Part shown: piece after piece, positions 48,101-58,900 of the stretch
Numbering within the stretch: position 1 is the first letter of the stretch
How the letters are laid out: every line of letters begins with the position of its first letter
NCBI RefSeq assembly: GCF_964355755.1
Contig: NC_092671.1
Span: forward strand, 4,650,001-4,714,000
Source: Antedon mediterranea
Taxonomy: Eukaryota > Animalia > Echinodermata
Direction of reading: 5' to 3'
Length of the DNA: 64,000 nt
Translations under genes and position numbers: made by a program
Notes under the pieces: model-generated
The model's database searches: none
What the model was told of the DNA's origin: nothing
Seen by the model: only the letters and a program-made list of their open reading frames with translations

Positions 48101-51100
48101 CGTCTTCTAATTCGATGACAGTGATGTTCCTCAGTAGTTCATCTGTTCAGAAAACTGGGTTCAAGATAGAATATAACGCCACCGAAAAAGGTATATCCCC
48201 CTAAATATCAAACAGCATTACTGTCTAAATGTTTTGAGTTTAAGAATTGAGAAGAAAGGAAGAGGGCAGTGAGAATGAAGAAGAAAGGAAGGGAGAAGGA
48301 GAAAGAAGACATGGAGAAGGAAGGAAGAAGGAAAAGAAGTATTTTCCGACAATCGGCAGTAAACTCTGCACTAAAAAAGACCAACCATTATTTTTTTTAG
48401 TATGCCACAAATAAATAATGTTTTTTCTTCAAGTCACTTGTCCTCAAGGAAGTTTCAAATGTCTTGATGACTCTTGTATTGATGGTATAAAGCTTTGTGA
48501 TGGAAAATTTGACTGCAAGGACGAGAGTGACGAGTCTGGATGTCCAGGTAAAATATTCATTTATTCATAAACAAAAATAAACTTCTCCAAAACATCCTCA
48601 ACCTAAATGGTTTCTGTTGGGAATGGTTTACCGCAAACATTACTCCTAATATTGTATTAGGCACACAACACGTTTAGTGGATGCAGAAGACCCTGGTATC
48701 CTTCAATGTGAAGTGGTGAGCTACGATGCAAACGTAGCGCCATAATAACTTGTTATTTCTCAGATACCACCATTCATTTTTTTAAGTAGTGGCACAATCT
48801 ATATTATAGAAAAAGTTATCGTTTTTGTTTTTTAAGGAAATCGGTTGGGCTGTGGGAAGCCAGTGGTAACCAAAGGGTTGATTGTTGGTGGCACCGCGGC
48901 AGAACCAGGCGCATGGCCTTGGCAGGTAAGTTACAATACATCGTACTACACGTTTAAATCCGATATATTTTCAGTACTCTGCCATCTAGTAACGACGTAC
49001 GCATATATTATATACATTATAATACAAGTTATGAAAGTTAAACCATCCATGGTCAAACTAAAATCTTCAAAAAGTTGTAGTAATAAATATATTAATTTAT
49101 ATATAGAGCGAAACGATATCTCTGTTTCTACAGGTTACATAATGCATATAAATGTTTTGTAAACAGTATATTGAAGCATTTATTTATACTTCATATATAA
49201 GGTACAAATCACGAAGGTATCCTCCGGTAGTCATAACTGTGGCGGGACGCTGATAAACAGACGATGGATTGTTTCAGCCGCCCATTGCTTTGTATAGTAA
49301 GATATAGTCAACTTGGTTAAATAGGTTTAGAGAAATATTGTACGAATTATTGTACGAATTACTGCACTATCAAGCTAGTGTGGTGTGCCCAAATATGGTA
49401 GTCATATGACGTCATCGTATACATATATGGGCACATCACATTTTAATAGTGTAGACACGGCTTTACAAACTGGTCGACTTAATGTTGGGGTTCAAATTGT
49501 AGGCTACTGAAGTCGGACATTAAGTAGTATGGCTACTGAAGTCGGACATTAAGTAGTATGTCTACTTCTTTTCATAAGCGCTAGCTTACACTTGCCATGG
49601 GGCTCACTGGGATAGCAAATGCTTTTTCATAACATGCTTGGAAGAGGACATTATTTACGTGTGTTTGTGAGGATGCACTCACATTTTAAGTAGTGTCATA
49701 ATGATACGGTGTAAGGCTCTGAGGGGGTGGGGTTTATATTTTGGCAAAATGATCAAAATGGTTATTTCACTAAAATCAAGAGAGCCGGAAATTACGTATA
49801 ATTGAAGCATTTTACAGGATATAATGCTTAATATTAAACACTCAGTTTCGTAGAAATAATTAATAAACGTAGCTAACGTCGCATAAATATTTCATTTAGA
49901 AAATATGTTATACACATTGTTGCTCTAAAGCAAGTATTAAATGATAAAGGGAAAGAGGTACATTAATTACATGTCAAAACCAATGTCATATCAATCTTTG
50001 CGTGTAAGGTTTAAACGTTTAAACAGCAATTGCCGTTTGCAATTCGTGCTTTAAGTTATACATAATGGATATTGTTTGTTTATACAAAACATATGCGATA
50101 CCGTATGGTACGCCAATAAATAGTATTATCAAGTAACGTAACGCAGAAACGCAAAAGTTACTGTATCCCTACTTATCTTGGCTATAACTGGGCCATTTGA
50201 AACACATTTGGTTAGTAAAATTATGAATCTCGATATTGTAAATGAATGCATTGTGTCAAAAGTGAGAACCACACATAAGGGTAGTAACATTATAACATAA
50301 CGGAATCATGCAAATTCTAGCCTAAATGTATGGTTTCAATTTTCTTTACCAGTGAACCTTATGCATCATCATACAAGTTACATTTAGGAAGCCACAACAA
50401 ACAGTTCACAGATAGCATGAACAGGTTTATCAAGTGGAGACGATAATCATGCACAAACAGTACAACGAGGGTTTTTACAATGACTATGATATCGCAATGG
50501 TCAAACTACAAGAACAAGCCACCATCACAGACTATGTTCGACCTGTTTGTTTACCAGAGGCTATGGATGTTTACCCAAATGGCAACGAGTGTATCGTCAC
50601 AGGGTGGGGTGAAACAAAAGGTTACAACTTTGCATTATGTTTGCACTACGGATACCAATGAACACTCATATTATAATTCCCAGTTATCAAAATTGCGCCC
50701 TAAAGTCTTTAAAGTTACAAATGTATAGGGTCTGATAACGTGATGGCACTAGTTACTCTTCGTCATGCATGATTAATTTACAAAAATGGTTATTATTATG
50801 TAATGTATAACCGTAAATGATGCCGTAGTTGTAAATAAAGTACGAATTTTTGTTGTGTTATACGTGAGATTTGAACGGCATACTCGAATCAGTAGGACAC
50901 TATATTGATAAAATAATCGCAGCTTGTATACAAGATATAGTGGAGAACCTACTGTAATTCCGTGAGATTTTAATGCTCAACCAGCAGAATTTATTGCAAC
51001 TGGGGGCCAATTTTTCCCGACCCTATTTTGGCCGCTATCTTGGATTTCAAAATGGCCCCCATTTTTTACTCAAAACTGATAGTAGCTTCTATTTTAAACC

Positions 51101-52249
51101 ACGTACGAACGTAATTTGTGTGATAAATCTTACAATGTTATGATAAATCAGTCTAATGGTACAATTTATAATAAAAGCATATGGCAGCCATATTGAATTC
51201 CAAGATGGCCACCATTAAAAACGTATATCATGTATGCATTTTACAGTCAAGGTCCTCGTGTATTTCCGTTGGATTTTAATGCCCAAAGTGAGATTTCACT
51301 TCTTTAATATGGTGCTAGGAACTGATTTTTGGAACATTAGGTTCCCCACTAATAGGCCTATGGTTATATTTTAACAGGAACCGGATTTGAAACAGTGTTG
51401 AAAGAAGCGGCAGTGCCAATAATCGAGACCACCATCTGTAATAGCACCAATTACTACAATGGAGACATATCAATTCGTATGATGTGTGCTGGAGACGGTG
51501 GGGAAGATACTTGTACGGTAAATATACCAAATCATTGGTTGTTTTAACCCGCTAAAGCTTGGCTTTTCACTTATGCTTGGTTCCCACTAGAGCAGCAACG
51601 CAAAGACAAACATTTTTGTTAGATTGCTACGTAATCTTGGTAAGCTACGTCGAAATTGTCAAAAGCAGTTAGCAGGCCTAACGTATAGTGTAATTGTTCA
51701 ATTGACGTAATACTGTATATGAGAGTGGCAAAAACAACACCTATAGTATACAGTACCATGTTTTTATTGTGTGTTATAAAAAGGGTTAGAATAGAAAAGA
51801 CAAGGAGGGTTAGAACAGAAAAGACAAGGAGGGTACCAAAGAAAACAAAATAGCTGTTTAAATAGATTTTAATGAAAACAACTCGATCTATTTTACATTT
51901 ACTACCAATGATTCTTAGGTTTACTTGTATTATTTATTCATTTACTACTTATGTATTACCTGTGTTTTCTAAACATGTGCACATCCATCTTTGGTGCATA
52001 GTGATATTATTACTTGTATCTTAAATACTGACGATATTATATGTACTTGTTTTAGTAAACAAATATTATGCTCTTTTCAAGGGGGACAGCGGAGGTCCAT
52101 TAGTTCGTCAGACGGATACAGGAGCATGGAATTTAGTGGGTGTAACCAGTTGGGGTACTAATTGTGCAATCGCTACCAAACCAGGTGTCTACACAAAAAT
52201 ATCCTACTTTAACGACTGGATAACCCAGACTATCACCGAGAACCTATAA
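45117..52249 (+). CDS. Secreted CUB-CUB-CUB-LDLa-trypsin-like serine protease (gene D), with an apparent 1-bp frameshift at ~50417
   Basis: Exons 45117-45150, 45393-45562, 45684-45927, 46280-46449, 46733-46979, 47392-47546, 47953-48190, 48434-48547, 48837-48925, 49202-49296, 50353-50620, 51378-51517 and 52082-52249; IVGG, SAAHC, DIAM, GDSGGP; S1 Asp in EDTCT. Confidence 0.88.
46133..46192 (+). pseudogene. Relic leader/first exon inside intron 3 of gene D
   Basis: AAATACTGCAGTTCTATTTTCTTTCAA resembles the leader AAATACCGCACGCTATTTTACTTCGA; ATA GCC TAT TTT CTG TTT AAA...G|GT resembles MDFLFK...G|gt with the ATG lost. Confidence 0.5.
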
Positions 52250-52992
52250 TTAATTTGGAGATAAATGACAACTAAAATTACAACTAACAAGTAAATAGTT
52301 ATTACTAACTTTCGAGTTATGGACCAAGATAAGTTTGTAAAATCTTTAAAAAATATAAAATGGAATATCTGTTTTGTTGATAGACTGATATTATTTGTAT
52401 GGTATTTAAAAAAAGAAATTCAACTGAAACCAAATATCGTAAATCATTCAGGAAAATGTAAAGTTGTACCCTTCTGTTTGGTTAAGCTTGTTATACTTCA
52501 ATATTAAATAAATCTGCTAAAAACCTTTAGTGAACTGTTATTCTTCTAACTTTTTTAAACTACAATACAAGCTAACAATAATTAAAAAACACATGTAATG
52601 CATGTAGTTGTACAGTTTATCTACTAAATAATTCAATAACTTTCTAAAAAATGAATGACTCCTCGCTTTTCTTGTTCATTTATAATTGGCCTCACTAACG
52701 TCGATCCGACTCGCATTGTAAAATATTTTTTTTTTTTAACCATCTTTAAAAGAGGTAACAATTTCAGTTTTTCCCAGTCTGTTAATTGTTATTCATGGTC
52801 TTCTATGGTAAGCTAACTATAAACAAAACAGTATTTTGAATGTCTCTAAAACACGTTACCAATATCAATTGTACACTGAATGTATGTGATTGTAAAATTT
52901 ATGTACTAAAAAATCCAATAAATTAATAATACATTCACATTTTTTCCTAAAAATTATCTAAAAAGTCTAAATCAAGAAATAGAAAAGTTGAT

Positions 52993-55900
52993 TTATAACG
53001 CAGCATCCACAGCGTCAGGTAAATTTTGAGGTAGACTATCACTCCCTGAAGGTACAGTAACACCGGACATCGATGTGTCCGGCACTGTGTCCGGTTGGAA
53101 GCCACCATTGTTTGCACCTTTGTTTGCACCTTTGGTTGCACCATTGGTTGTACCATTGGTTGCACCATTAGGTGACTCAAAGAAGATTTCTGATGTATGT
53201 TGACTTGATCGTCTATTGAAAATATTATAATATCGAATTTAATAATAATAACAATGAGGATGAGATGATGTTAAAAGAAGGATATTTGGTTTTATGATCA
53301 CTTGATTATTTGTTATAAATAGTATAGTATGATTTCAACAAATAGTATATTCATTGTTTGAAGGTTTGCATGGCGAAATCAAATGTTGATAAAGTTTGCG
53401 GTACACCACATATTAGTCTGAAAAGAACTGTTGAGTTTCTCAACTCAACAGTTCTTTTCAGAAATAATATACGTGGTGTATTGAAACTTTATATCAACAT
53501 AGTATATTCATGTTGATGATGACGTTTCAATGGATTCAATACTGAATGGTAATGTTGATGATAAAGACTTATTATTTTTTAATTGTCTGAACAATGATGA
53601 CAATGATAATAATGATTATGACTTTAAATAAAAGTTGTGTGTATTATTAATGTTTATACAGTTGACGATGACTACAACAACGAAGTCGACAATGATGATT
53701 CTAAATTAAAAATCCACAATACATAATTTAAAAAACTACAACAAATCAATCAAAATTGAATAGATATTATTATTTTTGGAAAAAGGGGTAAGAGAACCTA
53801 ACAAACTGCACATGATATCTCTCTTTTTTTTTAGCAAAAGCAAAACGTGATGCGGTGAAGATTACTCATGCATGAATGTTCAACTTAAACCTTCCTTTAC
53901 AACTAAAATGTTGAACCGATCCCGATCATGTGTTCGCCGCATGTTCACATGTAGTCACAATCATTTGCATACATTTTAGATATAAAATCAAATAATTTAC
54001 ATGTATCGACCATAATCGGGTGCATTTCAATTTGTTTGTAGAAAAATATGTCTCTCGATCGCTTGATTGGCCTCCCGCTTACAGGCCCATCGAGTAACAT
54101 GAGATATAATGTCATCTTGAATATTAACTATTAAACTGGTGCTTGCAGAAAAAAAGCCAGCTGACTTGATATGAATGCATGCTTACATAACAATAATTCA
54201 AAAAACAGAATTCAACAACAATAAAACAAATGACAGATTGATATGATAATGACAGAAGGAATTGATCAGGAAAATGACATATGCTAATGCAGTTGGGACT
54301 ATCTATAATAATGTGGAATGTGCTATATAAATGCATTAACATTAATACAGTAGAACTCTTATGAAGGGGACACTTACATGACCCAACAATGTCTGAAGAG
54401 GGTTGTTTGTAAATCATCATTTGTTTCAAAAGAAATATCCCCTGAATAAAGGTGCCCCTAAAAAGAGGTGTCCCTGAAGAGAGTTGTCCCTAAATAGGTG
54501 TCTCTTAAATAGGTGTCCCCTTAATAGAGGTGTACCATGAATAGGGGTGTCCCAAAGGAAGGGTCCTACTGTATTAAAAATAATAATTTGAAAAATATGT
54601 TTTCCTACCTTTGTGGAGTATCACTAATATTGCTATCTAAAAATATCAGAAAATAATGTGCTAAAATATCATACAACCACAGAGATGTTGTTTGAAACAA
54701 GTATGACTGATTTGCATCTCTGTACCTAGACAGATGCTAGTGTAAAACGTCATATGTGACACTACATTTACCTTAAAGATGTATTGTCCCCCAAAAACAT
54801 GAAAAAATTAAGATTAATAAAATCAGATTTTGAATAGGCAATTTCACAGTTTTAATAAAGTTATTCACTTCTGTAGAAAAAAAAACATCAAAAATAATTA
54901 TTTCACTTATACAAAGACAAAACAAATGGTTAATTTCAACCAAAAACCATTGTCTTCCAGTTTAGGTATATTTTGCTTTAAATTACATTTTTTTTGGTGG
55001 AAAATGTTTTTTTTTTTTGATCAAGTTTTTGGTCATAGTGAATAACTATTATGTGATATTAAAATGGCATATTCAAAAAAAAAAATTTAAATAATTATTT
55101 TTTAGGGGGACAATATATCTTTAACCATACAATAATTCCTAATATTTATTTCATTGTGGGATGTACAACAACAAAAAACGTTTCAGGATTTATAGAAATA
55201 ATTCTAAGTACTGTACTTACTCTCTGTTTCTTGCATTTCTTCAAGGTCAAACTTACTATTATTCAAGTCCTTTTTTGAGCTAAGTAAAAAAACAAAAAGC
55301 ATTTGTGTTAACGTTATTGTATATATAGCGGTTTTGTAGTATTTTTATATTAGGGAGCTTTTGATTCACGACAACCGAATGTTATGTTAATTTGATGTTA
55401 ATTCATTGTGGATGCGGAGAACAACGTATTTCTTTTTGTGACAGTCAAATCAATTGTGTTTTTCAAATCAAAAAGTATAGTCAAAAGTAATGATAAAGTT
55501 GACTGTATTATTACTGTATCACTTTGTTGACAGTAATAAGAGAGTTGACTGTATAGTTATAGTACTGTATCACCTTTTTGACAGTAATAAGAGAGTGGAC
55601 TGTATAGTTATAGTACTGTATCACCTTTTTGACAGTAATAAGAGAGTGGACTGTATAGTTATAGTACTGTATCACCTTTTTGACAGTAATAAGAGAGTTG
55701 ACTGTATAGTTACAGTACTGTATCACCTTTTTGACAGTAATAAGAGAGTTGACTGTATAGTTATAGTACTGTATCACCTTTTTGACAGTAATAAGAGTTG
55801 ACTGTATAATTACAGTACTGTATCACCTTTTTGACAGTAATAAGAGAGTGGACTGTATAATTACAGTACTGTATCACCTTTTTGACAATAATAAGAGAGT

Positions 55901-58900
55901 TGACTGTATAGTTACAGTACTGTATCACCTTTTTGACAATAATAAGAGAGTGGACTGTATAATTACAGTACTGTATCACCTTTTTGACAATAATAAGAGA
56001 GTGGACTGTATAATTACAGTACTGTATCACCTTTTTGACAATAATAAGAGAGTTGACTGTATAGTTACAGTACTGTATCACCTTTTTGACAATAATAAGA
56101 GAGTTGACTGTATAGTTACAGTACTGTATCACCTTTTTGACAATAATAAGAGAGTTGACTGTATAGTTACAGTACTGTATCACCTTTTTGACAGTAATAA
56201 GAGAGTTGACTGTATAATTACAGTACTGTATCACCTTTTTGACAATAATAAGAGAGTTGACTGTATAGTTACAGTACTGTATCACCTTTTTGACAATAAT
56301 AAGAGAGTGGACTGTATAATTACAGTACTGTATCACCTTTTTGACAATAATAAGAGAGTTGACTGTATAGTTACAGTACTGTATCACCTTTTTGACAGTA
56401 ATAAGAGAGTTGACTGTATAGTTACAGTACTGTATCACCTTTTTGACAGTAATAAGAGAGTGGACTGTATAGTTATAGTACTGTATCACCTTTTTGACAG
56501 TAATAAGAGAGTGGACTGTATAGTTATAGTACTGTATCACCTTTTTGACAATAATAAGAGAGTTGACTGTATAGTTACAGTACTGTATCACCTTTTTGAC
56601 AATAATAAGAGAGTTGACTGTATAGTTACAGTACTGTATCACCTTTTTGACAATAATAAGAGAGTTGACTGTATAATTACAGTACTGTATCACCTTTTTG
56701 ACAATAATAAGAGAGTTGACTGTATAGTTACAGTACTGTATCACCTTTTTGACAGTAATCACAGTTGAATAATATTGCTGTATCACCTTTTTTGACAGAA
56801 ATGACAGAGTTCATATCAATTTTTCGTTGTTGTATGTAGTTTTCTGTATAATACAGTACTGCACTGTATCACCATTTTGACATTAGTGACAGAATTGACT
56901 ATACTACTATATCACTTGACAGTAATGTTGATAGTATCAATTTTTTTAATTTACTATACTTTATTACCTTTTTCTGTCTTTAACTACAACAAAGATCATC
57001 ACCGCTAAACACACAGCAAGGAAACTGATCAGGGTGATAGCCCATGGTTGAAGACCGTTTGCGTCCACCGGTGTTGGATTCTCAACAGGCCCTATGATGT
57101 ACTCAAACTCGCTACCATCTTTGTTCTCAGAGAGCATAGCCTGTACTTGTTCAGTTGTCATTGCGGCTACTTTGTTGTTGGTAGGGTCACTTATCCAAAA
57201 TTTAACCTCCAAGTTTGAGTTGATCTGGACGAACGAGTAGTACTCAATATTATCTGATCTAAATATGAAATATTGAAAATTTGCATTTATTGTTTCTGAA
57301 TAATATGACAGTACATAGATACAACATCAATCTCTCTAATAGATATGATTATAATATAACATACAAGATAAACACTGTTTTTGTTGTCTTGGAGTAGAGT
57401 TGAAAAAGTTTTGAGTTAGAACCCTGGCACTCTTGGTCAAGATTGAACCCTGGCCCTATGAATTGAAAGGCACACACGTTTAACACCAAGCTTCAGCTTC
57501 ACTAAAAATACTAATTACTAGACAAATTTAAGTAGCTTTGCAAATGTAATACAGACAAAATTACAACATACTTGTAAACAGATTCACGAGGAGCTAAACA
57601 AGCTAGAATACTCTCGGAACAAAAGTCAGTTGCCTGTTCCGCCAAAGACTCGGCAAACGCCAATTGTTTCTCTTCATCAAACTGTAAGAACAAATGGTAT
57701 ATATATATATAATATATAAGGGCTAGTGAAGCACATCACACAATGACAGTTCTGTGCAACTTTTGTTTTTCCTCTACCTTCTTTCTTCCCCTTTAACTAT
57801 TTGGTAGGTTGTGAAAATGAATAAACTATAATACAACATTATTAATCAGTTATGAAAACTTCAAAACACATCTTTTCAATAAAAAAAAAACAAAAAACAT
57901 AAAAATACATTTGAAAAGAAAAACCAGTACAAAAAGTTAAAATTACTTTACAATTGATTCACATTCAATGGCGACATAATATGTTCCCTAACTTTGATTT
58001 TAAACAATTTCCATATATTTTAATTTTTTGGATCATCCAAAAGAAAATTTACTTAAAATACTATACAGTGATCCAGATGAACGTTTTTACTAATTTTAAT
58101 TTTTTATTGACATTAAATTTCTTCAGTAAAATAAATAGTACTTACAGACTCATATGATTCCTCAGTAAATGTTACCAAAGTACCTCCGACGTCTATTGGA
58201 TCTACAAAAGTGGACATACCAGGTTCCTTGGTGGTAAAACCAGGAACTGAAAAAAAGAGAAAAATATCTGTCATTGAACATAAAAAAAAGAGTAAAAACT
58301 GAATGTACTAAAAGCGGTTATGACTAACTAGAGTCAGCTAGAAGACAGCATAGCGAAGGAAACTGGACATAAAATACTTTAGTAGTTAAATGAATAACAT
58401 AAAATAAGATTAGTAGATGAAACCAAAGAAGCCCTTCTTTGGGAAACCTCTATTAAAGGATCCACTTTCCTGTGAACAAATATCAGGAAAATCATGCTAA
58501 ATGTTTTGGCAATTTCAAACTAATTTTCCACTAGGCAAATTGGTTCGCGCAAAGCAAAAGCGTTAGGTTATACACATGTGTAGAGAGTGATTTGGAAGAC
58601 TGAAACATGAATGCATGTAAGTTGGTGCTTTCAATTCGCGAGAACATATTCTCCTAGTAGAAAACAGGGTTTTCGTTAACACCACAGGCAACACCCCTAA
58701 TCAGGATACACCCCCATTAATGGGACACCTAATATTTACTTTAGGCTAGGTGTCTAATTTATAGGGGTTCTAAAAAGAACTTTTTGTGAGAAATTACCAG
58801 TTGCATATTGTAAATCAAATCCTCCTGCGGTTCCATACTCATCACTGAAGAAGCGAATCCACATCTTATTGTTTTTTATGACGACAGGAATAGGAAGTGC

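Noticed and set aside
48245-48340. Purine-rich GAA/GGA tract
   Set aside because: Low-complexity intronic sequence with no further structure
50414-50425. Alternative acceptors rescuing the protease frameshift
   Set aside because: They are phase-incompatible with the strong upstream donor and would delete the conserved LG.H strand
54000-54115. Extra cytoplasmic exon of the receptor gene
   Set aside because: A donor-like site is present but the flanking exons already join in phase; no support without transcripts
55490-56786. 328-aa and 341-aa repeat ORFs, or a CRISPR-like array
   Set aside because: 51-bp head-to-tail units have no unique spacers, are open on both strands because the unit length is a multiple of 3, and lie in an intron with no cas genes
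57415-57495. tRNA-derived SINE head
   Set aside because: Too degenerate to assign
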